DNA from: an uncultured Verrucomicrobiae bacterium
GTDB lineage: Bacteria > Verrucomicrobiota > Verrucomicrobiia > Chthoniobacterales > JAATET01
DNA: 46,275 nucleotides
Assembly: GCA_963719495.1 (NCBI GenBank)
Contig: CAVRCI010000016.1
Location: 1 to 46,275, forward strand
Direction: 5' to 3'
A model generated the notes under the pieces. The model was given only the letters and a program-made list of their open reading frames with translations, was not told the DNA's origin and ran no database searches. This document shows positions 17,382-27,036 of this stretch, one piece after another. The translations under genes were made by a program, and so were the position numbers. Position 1 is the stretch's first letter. Each line of letters opens with the position of its first letter.

Positions 17382-20300
17382 ATGTATCTTCAATCTCTCG
17401 AAATGATCGGCTTCAAGTCGTTCGCGCCCAAGACGGTCCTCAATTTCAACCCGGGCGTCACGGCCGTGGTCGGACCCAATGGTTGCGGCAAATCGAACGT
17501 GCTGGACGCGCTGCGCTGGGTGCTCGGCGAGCAATCGGCGAAAGCGTTGCGCGGCGGCGAGATGTCGGACGTGATTTTCAGCGGAACGGACAGCCGCAAG
17601 CCGCTCGGGATGGCGGAGGTGTCGCTCACGTTCACGGATTGCGAGCAGCAGCTCGGCGTCGAGTGGAACGAGGTGCGGATCACGCGGCGGGTATTTCGCG
17701 ACGGCAAGAGTGAATATTTTCTCAACAAGTCACCGTGCCGGCTGCGCGACATTCACCAGCTCTTCATGGACACGGGGATCGGGCGCTCGGCGTATTCGAT
17801 CATGGAGCAGGGGAAGATCGACGCCATTCTGAGTAGTCGCCCGGAGGATCGGCGGGCCATTTTCGAGGAAGCGGCGGGGATCACCAAATACAAGGCGCAG
17901 AAGAAGGAAGCGCTCCGGAAGCTGGATTACACCGAGGCGAATCTCCTGCGAGTGACCGACATCATCAAGGAGGTGAAACGGCAGATCGGCTCGCTGCAGC
18001 GGCAGGCGGCGAAGGCGCGGCGGTATCAGAGCGTGATGACGGATCTGCGGGTGTTCGACACGCACCTGAGCTACCGGAATTTCAACGTCCTGCGGACCGA
18101 ACTGACGGAAGTGCGCGAGCGGCTCGGCGGGAGCGAGGACGAGCGGCTGCGGCTCGAGGGCGAGATCGAGTTGCGGGAGATCGAATTGAGCGAATACCGG
18201 GACCGGCTGGCGGAACTCGAGGGCCAGGCGACCGCGCTGCGGGACAACATTCAGAGTCAGCGCAACAAGATCTACTCGGCGGAAAACCGAATCTCGACGA
18301 ATGGCGAGCGGGCGACCGAAGCGCGGTCGTTGATCGAACGCTACCGGGGCGAGATCGAGTCGGGACGGGAGAAACTCCAGGACCAGGAATCGCAGATCGC
18401 GCGGACGGATGAGATGATCGCCGAGACGGTGGACCTGATGCGGACCGGCGAGGAGAAGCTCGACGCGGCGAACGCGAAGGCCGTGGCCGCGCGGGACGAA
18501 CGGGTGAACGTCGAGCGGCGGGCGAATCAGGTGCGCGGCGAGGTGGGGCAACTCGAGTCGCGCTTGAATCAATTGCGGGGCGAAATTGCCTCCGCCGGCG
18601 GTCGTCGCGAGGCGGGCGAGGCTCGGTTGGCGTTGTTGCAATCGGAGGAAGCTTCGGCGGGCGAGGCGCTCACGGAGGCCGGGGACTTGCTCGCGAAGGC
18701 GGGCGAGCGGCGGCGGATCGCCGAAGGGAACCTCTGGAGCGCGAAATCGGAGATGTCCGAGGCGCAGGTCGCGCAGGACGAAGCTCAGCGCGAGCGCCAG
18801 GCGGCCGAGTCGGAGGTCAACGTCGCGAACCGTCGGGTGGCGGAGGTGGACTCGAAGCTGGGTGTGCTCCGGCAGTTGAACGAGTCGGGCGAGGGGTTCG
18901 GCGAGGGGACGCAGGCGGTCCTTCGTGGACTGGACAATCCGGAGTTTTTCAAACCCGCGGTGCTGGGAGCGCTGGCTTCCTTGATCGAGGTGCCGTCGGA
19001 GCACGTCCCGGCGGTCGAGGCCGCGCTGGGGGCGAACCTGCAGGCGATCGTTTTCAAGGATCCTTCGGTCGCGGAAGCGGCGGTGCAGACTCTTTTCGCG
19101 AAGGAATTCGGCAAAGCGGCGGTGGTGCCGCGGGATTGGGTCGGGCTCGGCGGTGGCGAGGTGGCGCGGGGCGGGAATCTGCCGGAAGGGGCCGTCGCGT
19201 GGGCGCTCGATTGGGTGACCGCGAAGGACGACGTGGCTCCGTTGATCGAGCGTCTGCTGGGAAAAGTGGCCGTGGTGGAGTCGGTGGACAAGGCGTTCGC
19301 CCTCAAGCCGAGCCATCCGAACCTCGCGTTCGTGACGCGGGCCGGGGAATTTGTGACCGTCGAAGGCATCGTGCAGGGCGGGCGCGGCGGCGAGAAGGGG
19401 AGTTCGGCTTTGCTTCGCAAAAACGAGATCGCGGCTCTTGCGAAGGAGCTGACCGACCACCAGCGCGCGGCGGAGGAATTCGCCGCCCGTCGGGACGACG
19501 CCGTGGCGACGCTCGACGGCGCTCAGGACCGGGTGCGGGCGGCGCGCGACGCCGTGCAGGGTGCGCAGGTGGAATTTTCGACCGCGCAGAGCGAATGCGG
19601 GATGTGCGAGCGGCAGCAGCGCGACGCGGCGAATCGGCGGGCGAATTTCGAGCGTGAAGTGACGCAGATCGCGCAGACCGTGACGGTCGCTGGCGAGAAG
19701 GTCACCACGCTCGAGACCCAGATCAGCGAGGCCGGAGCCGCGGTCGAGGCCGCCCGCACGCGGCAGGCGGAAGTCGAGGGCGGGATCGAGGCGGCGCGCG
19801 ACCGCGAACGGGCGATGGGCGACGAATTGAGCGAGCTTCGCTTGCGCGTCGCGACCGAGCGGCAGCAGCAGGAGAGTCTGACGCGTCAGCGGGGGCCGAT
19901 GGCGGCTCGGGTGACCGAGTTGTCGGAATTGCTCGTTTCGCGCGAGCGCGACATCGCGGACGCCGAGCGGAAGATTCAGGCCTTCGACGTCGAGTCGAAC
20001 GAAATGCGCGGCAGCATGGTCACGTGGCAGGAGCTGCTCGAGAGCGGCGAGCAGCAGGTCGAGGGTCTCATGGCCGAGCGGGCGACCGCGCAGGAGGAGA
20101 CCGAAGCGGTCGAACAGCGCTTGCGCGAGGCGCGGCGGAACCTGACCGGATTGCAGGATTCCTTCGGCAAGCTCGAGGTGCGGGGAACGCAGCTCGAAAT
20201 GCGAACGGAGCACGTGCGCGAACACGTGACGCAACGGTATCAGGTCGATCTCGAGAATTTTCGGACGGATTCCTATGCGCTGATGAAGGCGCTCAGCGAG

Positions 20301-21218
20301 CGGGCCGGGAAGGATGCGGCGGCTGAGAACGGTGAAGGGAATGAGCTTTCGACCGCCGAGAACGCGGAGAGCGCGGAGAGCGCAAAGAATGAGGTGAACC
20401 CCCTCGACCAGACCAATGACCAAGAACCAATAACGACCAACAACGAAGCCGAAGGCGTCCCCTGGGACCGGGTCGAGGAGCTGGTCGTCGAGCTGACCGG
20501 GAAGATCGATCGGATGGGGCCGGTCAACATCGACGCCATCCAGGAGTTCGAGGAACTCGAGGAGCGCTACAATTTTCTCGAGAAGCAGAACGAGGATCTC
20601 ATCACTTCGAAAGCGGAACTGCTCGAGGTCATCACCAAGATCAACCTCACGACGAAAGTGCTCTTCGCCGAGACGTTCGAGAAGATTCGGACGAACTTTC
20701 AGGAGATGTTCACCGAGCTCTTCGGGGGCGGAAAGGCGAACCTCATCCTCACCGACGAGAGCGATCCGCTCGAGAGTGGCATCGACATCATCGCCAAGCC
20801 TCCGGGCAAGCAGCTCCAGAGCATCACGCTTCTCTCCGGCGGCGAGAAGACGATGACCGCCGTCGCGCTGCTCTTCTCGATCTACATGGTGAAGCCGAGT
20901 CCGTTCTGCGTGCTCGACGAAATGGACGCCCCGCTCGACGAATCGAACATCAATCGCTTCATCAAAATCCTCGACCGCTTCGAGAAGCAAAGTCAGTTCG
21001 TGGTCATCACCCACAACAAACGCACGATCGCCCGGGCCGACATGGTCTTCGGCGTCACGATGGAGGAGCACGGCGTGAGCAAGCTCGTGAGCGTGAAATT
21101 TGCCGGGAAGGACGACTCGAACGGCGCGAGTGGCGCAAACGACCACCCACGCAGCGTCGCCGAGACGTTTGGAAAATCCGGAAACCTCCACTCCGAGGAA
21201 GTCGCGCTGGCGAACTGA
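17382..21218 (+). CDS. smc: Chromosome segregation protein SMC
   Basis: GFKSF, VGPNGCGKSN, coiled coils with hinge, LSGGEK, LDEMDAPLD, ITHNK. Confidence 0.98.
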   Translation: MYLQSLEMIGFKSFAPKTVLNFNPGVTAVVGPNGCGKSNVLDALRWVLGEQSAKALRGGEMSDVIFSGTDSRKPLGMAEVSLTFTDCEQQLGVEWNEVRITRRVFRDGKSEYFLNKSPCRLRDIHQLFMDTGIGRSAYSIMEQGKIDAILSSRPEDRRAIFEEAAGITKYKAQKKEALRKLDYTEANLLRVTDIIKEVKRQIGSLQRQAAKARRYQSVMTDLRVFDTHLSYRNFNVLRTELTEVRERLGGSEDERLRLEGEIELREIELSEYRDRLAELEGQATALRDNIQSQRNKIYSAENRISTNGERATEARSLIERYRGEIESGREKLQDQESQIARTDEMIAETVDLMRTGEEKLDAANAKAVAARDERVNVERRANQVRGEVGQLESRLNQLRGEIASAGGRREAGEARLALLQSEEASAGEALTEAGDLLAKAGERRRIAEGNLWSAKSEMSEAQVAQDEAQRERQAAESEVNVANRRVAEVDSKLGVLRQLNESGEGFGEGTQAVLRGLDNPEFFKPAVLGALASLIEVPSEHVPAVEAALGANLQAIVFKDPSVAEAAVQTLFAKEFGKAAVVPRDWVGLGGGEVARGGNLPEGAVAWALDWVTAKDDVAPLIERLLGKVAVVESVDKAFALKPSHPNLAFVTRAGEFVTVEGIVQGGRGGEKGSSALLRKNEIAALAKELTDHQRAAEEFAARRDDAVATLDGAQDRVRAARDAVQGAQVEFSTAQSECGMCERQQRDAANRRANFEREVTQIAQTVTVAGEKVTTLETQISEAGAAVEAARTRQAEVEGGIEAARDRERAMGDELSELRLRVATERQQQESLTRQRGPMAARVTELSELLVSRERDIADAERKIQAFDVESNEMRGSMVTWQELLESGEQQVEGLMAERATAQEETEAVEQRLREARRNLTGLQDSFGKLEVRGTQLEMRTEHVREHVTQRYQVDLENFRTDSYALMKALSERAGKDAAAENGEGNELSTAENAESAESAKNEVNPLDQTNDQEPITTNNEAEGVPWDRVEELVVELTGKIDRMGPVNIDAIQEFEELEERYNFLEKQNEDLITSKAELLEVITKINLTTKVLFAETFEKIRTNFQEMFTELFGGGKANLILTDESDPLESGIDIIAKPPGKQLQSITLLSGGEKTMTAVALLFSIYMVKPSPFCVLDEMDAPLDESNINRFIKILDRFEKQSQFVVITHNKRTIARADMVFGVTMEEHGVSKLVSVKFAGKDDSNGASGANDHPRSVAETFGKSGNLHSEEVALAN

Positions 21219-21223
21219 CCCAC

Positions 21224-21466
21224 GTGAACGCCGATTTGCTCGAACTGCGCGAAGCCCTCCAGCGGCGGCTGAACGTCGTGGCGGATCGTGAGTTTTATGA
21301 TCGCGATCCGGCGGGCCATCTCGAGCAATTGAAATCGGCCTCCACCCGGGTCGACGAACTGGCCGAAAAAATCGCGCCCCACGCCGACCCGATGCTCCGG
21401 CACTATTTGGAGCGACAGAGCTACGTCAAGGCCCTCGATTTTCTGAACGGATTGGAAACTAAATAG
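21224..21466 (+). CDS. Small hypothetical protein (80 aa)
   Basis: Starts 5 bp after smc; ends LRHYLERQSYVKALDFL. Confidence 0.75.
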   Translation: MNADLLELREALQRRLNVVADREFYDRDPAGHLEQLKSASTRVDELAEKIAPHADPMLRHYLERQSYVKALDFLNGLETK

Positions 21467-21549
21467 CTGTCCGTTGTTTTCCCGCCGCATCGCACCGTGC
21501 CAGAAGCGCCGAGCAATGTCGAAGCAGCCGGGCGCAACGAGAGAAGGCG

Positions 21550-21949
21550 TCGGACCCTTCGGCGAAGGGTCCGAACCAGCAAGGGTAGGGGCGGCTCGAC
21601 GAGCTGCGCCACTTCTTCTCCGGCGACGCCCAAACTTCGCAGCGCCCCCCATTCCATTCAAATCGCTCGAGCTAAACGCGTCAGCGCCATCGTCGAAAAC
21701 GGTAGGGCAGCCGGGCCCCGGGTGCCGTCGCCTTCTCGCTGGATTCGCGGTTTTCGCAACGGGCTCCTCATGCACCCTAGTCTGAGCACATTGTTCGCTG
21801 TTCGTTTCCGACCGCAACCCCTAACCGAAGTGGGCACCCGGCGGCGCGGCTGCCCGACCTTGAATGCGGCTGACGGATGCCGCCCGCAACCAGCAAGGGT
21901 AGGGGCGGCTCGACGAGCTGCGCCACTTATTCTCCGGCGACGCCCGAAC
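21550..21949. repeat. BIME-like cluster of REP-type palindromes
   Basis: Perfect hairpin at 21550-21574. ~62-bp direct repeat at 21574-21635 and 21888-21949 containing GGTAGGGGCGGCTCGACGAGCTGCGCC. GTAG-footed elements at ~21701 and, inverted, ~21831-21863; a related copy at ~26988-27018. Confidence 0.8.
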
Positions 21950-22228
21950 AACCCAGCGCTCACCTCCCATTCAAAATGCTCCAGAGATCGGGCATTTAGA
22001 CCTTCAGCCGCTTGCCGCCAAGTTCATCGGTGATTCCATTGGGATGTTGAGAGTCGATCTTTGAGAACCGAATGCCTAATGGTCAACGGTTCGGGGGATT
22101 CGGAGCGGTCACCTGCTGGGCGAATTCGTAATCCGTCGCAAGTCGCTCATCCCGGACTTCCAACCGCCAACTCTCAACTACCAACTCTCAACTATTCACT
22201 TTCCGTTCCAAGGTGATACGTTTCCGCC

Positions 22229-23077
22229 ATGAGCGCGCAGGAACAGTTGGTCGGGATGTATGACAGGTTCGAAGGGTTGGTCGAAAAACTGCCGGGGGGA
22301 ATCCAGAAGCCAATCCTACGGGAATTGGCCCCGATCAAAGACGTCTTCCTGGAGCAACGCCCGGCCCGAATCGCAATCGTCGGCGGGGGCGAAGGTCTCA
22401 CCGTCCCGGATTGGCTGGCCAGCCTCGGGACCGGACTCGTCAAAACTGGTGCCGCGGTGAACGGCTGGCGGACCTATCGGGTGGAAGGGTTGGGATCTGT
22501 CGAGATTCTGGATGCCCGGGACGGTCGTGAAATCGACCAGACGGCTGACCTGCGCGTCGAGATCAACGGCTCCGCCAACGAAGCGGAAGACATCGCCGAG
22601 GCTTTGCCCTCGGCGGCGAAGCTGGACTTCGCCCGTTTGACCCACGCCCGGGAGGCGCAGCGCAAGCTCGCCGCGGCTTCGGTCAAGTCCTTCACCGCCG
22701 TGTGCGGAGTCATCGGCGTGCAGCCCATTCCGTTGGCGGATCTGCCGGTGTTGACGGCGCTGCAGAGCTTGATGGTTGGAATGATCGTCCACGTGAGCGG
22801 TCGAAGGTTTTCTCCCCGATTGGCGGCTGAGTTTGCCGGGACGCTCGGGATCAGTTTTGGGGTGGGTTTTGCTTTCCGGGCCGGAGCGCGCCAGCTTCTC
22901 AAATTCATCCCGCTCTGGGGCAACGCCATCTCTGGCGCCGTGGCGGGAGCGGGGACCTACGCCATCGGCCGGGCCGCGATCGCTTATTTCATCGACGGGG
23001 CGGCCGCCCGCGAAGCGAAGCTGGTCTTCCGCGAAGCGGCGAAAGAGCTGCAGGACGTCGGGCCAAGGCCGGAGTAG
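22229..23077 (+). CDS. DUF697/YcjF-like membrane-associated protein
   Basis: IGVQPIPLADLPVLTALQ…ARQLLKFIPLWGNAISGAVAGAGTYAIG. Confidence 0.75.
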   Translation: MSAQEQLVGMYDRFEGLVEKLPGGIQKPILRELAPIKDVFLEQRPARIAIVGGGEGLTVPDWLASLGTGLVKTGAAVNGWRTYRVEGLGSVEILDARDGREIDQTADLRVEINGSANEAEDIAEALPSAAKLDFARLTHAREAQRKLAAASVKSFTAVCGVIGVQPIPLADLPVLTALQSLMVGMIVHVSGRRFSPRLAAEFAGTLGISFGVGFAFRAGARQLLKFIPLWGNAISGAVAGAGTYAIGRAAIAYFIDGAAAREAKLVFREAAKELQDVGPRPE

Positions 23078-23150
23078 ACCGCCCGCAAACTTCCCGCTTT
23101 CCGGCCTGAAAAGGTCTTGTTCGCTCCGTGCCCCGTCAATAGCGTCGGGG

Positions 23151-26100
23151 ATGGCAAAGAAAGCATCCATCCCGGTCTCCAACCCGACCTGGTATAAAGA
23201 CGCCGTCATTTACGAGACGCACATCAAGGCGTTTCACGACAGCAATGGCGACGGGATCGGCGACTTCCGCGGACTCCTCCAAAAACTCGATTATCTCCAG
23301 AATCTCGGCGTCACCGCCATCTGGATTCTCCCGTTCTACCCGTCGCCGCTCCGGGACGACGGCTACGACATCGCGGATTACTACAACGTCAACCCGGCCT
23401 ACGGGACGCTCAAGGACTTCAAGGATTTCCTCAAGGAAGCCAAACGCCGCGGCATCCGGGTGATCACCGAGCTGGTGCTCAACCACACGTCCGACCAAAA
23501 CGCTTGGTTCCAAAAATCCCGCCGCGCCCCCGCCGGGTCGCCCGACCGCGAACTCTACGTCTGGAGCGACACGCCCGAGAAATACCAGGACGCCCGGATC
23601 ATCTTCAAAGACTTCGAAACGTCCAACTGGTCGTGGGACCCGGTCGCCAAAGCCTACTTCTGGCACCGTTTCTACCACCATCAGCCGGACCTCAACTTCG
23701 AGAATCCCGAAGTCCACAAGATGCTCCTCAAGGTCATCGACTTCTGGCTCGCCATGGGCGTCGACGGTCTCCGACTCGACGCCGTTCCCTACCTCTACGA
23801 GGAGGAGGGGACCAACTGCGAAAACCTGCCGAAGACTCACGCATTTCTTCGAAAACTGCGTAAACACATCGACAACAAGTTCGAAGACAAGATGTTGCTT
23901 GCGGAAGCCAATCAATGGCCGGAAGACGCCGCGGCCTACTTCGGCGAAGGCGACTCGTGCCACATGAACTTCCATTTCCCGCTCATGCCCCGCATGTTCA
24001 TGGGACTGCAGATGGAGGATCGGTTCCCGATCATGGACATTCTGGACCAGACCCCGGCCATCGCCGAGGGGTGTCAGTGGGCAACGTTTCTGCGCAACCA
24101 CGACGAGCTGACGCTCGAGATGGTCACCGACGAGGAGCGCGACTACATGTATCGCGTTTACGCCCAGGATCCCCGGGCGCGGATCAATCTCGGCATCCGT
24201 CGCCGCCTCGCGCCCCTGCTGCTCAACAATCGGCGCAAGATCGAGCTCATCAACGTCCTGCTTTTCTCGCTCCCCGGCACGCCAATCATCTACTACGGCG
24301 ACGAAATCGGCATGGGAGACAATATCTTCCTCGGCGACCGCGACGGCGTCCGCACCCCGATGCAGTGGAGCCCCGACCGGAACGCCGGCTTCTCCTCGGC
24401 GAATCCGCAGCAGCTCTTTTTGCCGATCACGATCGACCCGGAGTATCACTACGAGAGCATCAACGTGGAAAATCAGGAGCGCAACGTGTCGTCGCTGCTT
24501 TGGTGGATGCGCCGCGTGATCGCGATGCGCAAGAAATACAAAGCCTTTGGTAATGGGACACTTACGTTCCTTTATCCGGAAAACGCGAAGGTGCTCATGT
24601 TCGTTCGGGAATACGAGGAGCAGATCATTTTGTGCGTCATCAACCTCTCGCGCTTCTCCCAAGTCGTCGACGTCGACCTCTCGGATTACGCCGGCCGGAC
24701 GCCGAAGGAAGTTTTCAGCCAAAACAAGTTCCCGATCGTCAAAGACAGTCCCTACCTCTTCACCATGGGGCCGCACGACACCTATTGGCTGCTGCTCGAG
24801 CAGGAACACGAGGCGATCACGGTCACCGAAAGCCGCCGCGGCGGTGACTTCGGCGGGAAGCTGACTTGGAAAAATTTCTTTTCGGACGCCCGCCGCGAGG
24901 CCCTCGAACAGGAGCTTTTGCCGAATTACCTCGGAAAATGCCGCTGGTTCGGCGGCAAAAGTCGCCCGATTCGATCAATGGTGATCCGGGACACGATTCC
25001 GGTCGAAGACGGCAACTACGCGGCTCGTCTCCTCCTCATCGACGTGAACTACGTCGAAGGCAGTCCGGAGACCTACGTTCTTCCGTTCCAGTTCTCGACC
25101 GGTGACCAGGCGCACGCGTTGCGTCAGGAATTTCCGCAGGCCGTCATCGCGCAATTTGGCGAAGGCCCCGAGGAGCTCATTCTCTTCGACGCGATCTTCG
25201 AGCCGCAGTTCCGCGCTTCGCTACTCAGGACGATGACGCAGAAGAAGGCGGTCAAGGCGATGGGCGGAGAGCTCGTCGGCGATGCCACCAAGGCGCTGCG
25301 AACTCGCGTCTCCGACGGCGAGCCAATGTCGTCCAACGTCCTTCGGGCGGAGCAGAGCAACACGTCCGTCATCTACGGCGGCGAGTTGTTCCTCAAACTC
25401 TACCGCCGCATGGAGGAGGGGGTGAATCCCGACGTGGAATTGACCCGATTCCTGACCGAAAAGACCGATTTCGCCAACGTCCCGCCGTATTCCGGCGCGA
25501 TCGAATACCACCGGACGGGCAGCGAAGCCCGCGTCGTCTGCATGATGCAGTCGCTGGTGCAGAATCAGGGCGACGCCTGGACCCTGGCGCTGGACGTGGT
25601 CGGGCGTTACTTCGAACGGGTGCTCACGGAGCAGCCGGAGCTCGGCGAGTTCAAGCTGCCGAAAATTTCGGACATCGACGCGCCGCTCAACTTCCCGACC
25701 GAATTCATCCATATGATCGGTGGAGTCTTCCCGGAGCGCGCCCGCGTCTTGGGCCAGCGCACCGGTGAGATGCACCTGGCGTTGGCGTCGGACAGGACCG
25801 ATCCGACCTTTGCGCCCGAGCCATTTACGACGCTCTACCAGCGGTCGGTCTACCAATCCACGCGCAATTCGCTCCGGCGGACGTTCCAAGGGATCAATCG
25901 TCAGCTCAAAAAACTGCCGGAAAATCGGCGGGATGAAGCGTCCGCAATTCTGGGTCGCGAGAAGGAGATTCTCGACCGAGTTGGCCGTCTCATCGGCGAG
26001 AAAATTCTGACGGATAAGATCCGAATCCACGGAGACTATCACTTGGGTCAGGTCCTCTACACGGGACGCGATTTCATCATCATCGACTTCGAGGGCGAGC

Positions 26101-26471
26101 CCGCTCGGGCACTCAGCGAGCGCAAGCTCAAGCGGTCCGCGCTCCGCGACGTCGCGGGCATGCTCCGTTCATTCCACTACGCGGCTTACACGGCACTCTC
26201 GCAGCGCATCGCGGTGCGCGGCGTCGACATCCCGACCGTCTCGCCTTGGGCGGACATGTGGTATGAATACGTCAGCCGCGTGTTCCTACAGTCCTATCTC
26301 CAGACCGTGCAAGGCGCGACCTTCGTGCCGGAAGACCGGATGGGCTTCGAGATTCTCCTCGAGAGCTTCCTGCTCGATAAGGCGATCTACGAAGTTGGTT
26401 ACGAGGCGAACAATCGACCTGACTGGATCATGATCCCGCTGCGGGGGATCCGGCAGATTCTGGATTCGTGA
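23151..26471 (+). CDS. treS: Trehalose synthase fused to maltokinase (GH13 TreS + Mak/Pep2)
   Basis: WYKDAVIYE, LRLDAVPY, EANQWPE, FLRNHDELTLEMV; C-terminal AEQSNTS, IHGDYHLGQVL, IDFEGEP. Confidence 0.96.
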   Translation: MAKKASIPVSNPTWYKDAVIYETHIKAFHDSNGDGIGDFRGLLQKLDYLQNLGVTAIWILPFYPSPLRDDGYDIADYYNVNPAYGTLKDFKDFLKEAKRRGIRVITELVLNHTSDQNAWFQKSRRAPAGSPDRELYVWSDTPEKYQDARIIFKDFETSNWSWDPVAKAYFWHRFYHHQPDLNFENPEVHKMLLKVIDFWLAMGVDGLRLDAVPYLYEEEGTNCENLPKTHAFLRKLRKHIDNKFEDKMLLAEANQWPEDAAAYFGEGDSCHMNFHFPLMPRMFMGLQMEDRFPIMDILDQTPAIAEGCQWATFLRNHDELTLEMVTDEERDYMYRVYAQDPRARINLGIRRRLAPLLLNNRRKIELINVLLFSLPGTPIIYYGDEIGMGDNIFLGDRDGVRTPMQWSPDRNAGFSSANPQQLFLPITIDPEYHYESINVENQERNVSSLLWWMRRVIAMRKKYKAFGNGTLTFLYPENAKVLMFVREYEEQIILCVINLSRFSQVVDVDLSDYAGRTPKEVFSQNKFPIVKDSPYLFTMGPHDTYWLLLEQEHEAITVTESRRGGDFGGKLTWKNFFSDARREALEQELLPNYLGKCRWFGGKSRPIRSMVIRDTIPVEDGNYAARLLLIDVNYVEGSPETYVLPFQFSTGDQAHALRQEFPQAVIAQFGEGPEELILFDAIFEPQFRASLLRTMTQKKAVKAMGGELVGDATKALRTRVSDGEPMSSNVLRAEQSNTSVIYGGELFLKLYRRMEEGVNPDVELTRFLTEKTDFANVPPYSGAIEYHRTGSEARVVCMMQSLVQNQGDAWTLALDVVGRYFERVLTEQPELGEFKLPKISDIDAPLNFPTEFIHMIGGVFPERARVLGQRTGEMHLALASDRTDPTFAPEPFTTLYQRSVYQSTRNSLRRTFQGINRQLKKLPENRRDEASAILGREKEILDRVGRLIGEKILTDKIRIHGDYHLGQVLYTGRDFIIIDFEGEPARALSERKLKRSALRDVAGMLRSFHYAAYTALSQRIAVRGVDIPTVSPWADMWYEYVSRVFLQSYLQTVQGATFVPEDRMGFEILLESFLLDKAIYEVGYEANNRPDWIMIPLRGIRQILDS

Positions 26472-27036
26472 GGTCTCTGCAGCTTGGACTTACCGCCTTC
26501 TCTTAGGTCGCGGTGCCATTTTCGGCGTTGCGAAGAGCCTTCGAAAGTTCCGTATTTTAAAACGGGCGCTGGCTTGGAAATGCGGTGAAAAGCCAGAGAT
26601 GTTTCGCTTCGCTCAACATGACAGTTAAGGGGGGCTGGACTCCATCGGCTAAAAGCGCTGGGAGGATTTTTCGATACTTCAGAGCATTGCAGTGAATTCT
26701 GTAGCTGCGTTCGCTGTGCGAAGAGCACGCCGGACGTGGCAGTCTCGCAAGGGCCAGGTCGCCGATACGGCGATCACCGAAAATGATTCGAACTTCGGCG
26801 GCTGGAAGCCGCCGCTCCTTGAATTATCGCGGCGTGGTGGAAACGGTCAGCTTTCTTCCAAGATCAAGGAGGGACCGCCGGGCACGACCGGCCGCGCGCG
26901 GATACGTCTTTTAGTGCTGATTTCCGGGGCGCTTTTCGCGGGGTATCGGCGACGAGCTTGAAAACGGGTGCAACCTTTGACCGAAAATGGGAACCCGGCG
27001 GCGCGGCTTCCCTACCTTCCTCGGCGTTTTGCCTAG

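Noticed and set aside
11624..21191. Very long antisense ORFs (11624..14005, 15672..17279, 17730..21191; likewise 23136..24809, 29513..31261, 42026..43678)
   Set aside because: Shadow frames of well-identified high-GC genes; no independent motifs.
21960..22200. Lower-GC intergenic stretch as possible gene remnant or ncRNA
   Set aside because: No recognisable ORF, tRNA or structure that I can support.
23151..26471. TreS-maltokinase fusion as a novelty
   Set aside because: Well-known, widespread fusion.
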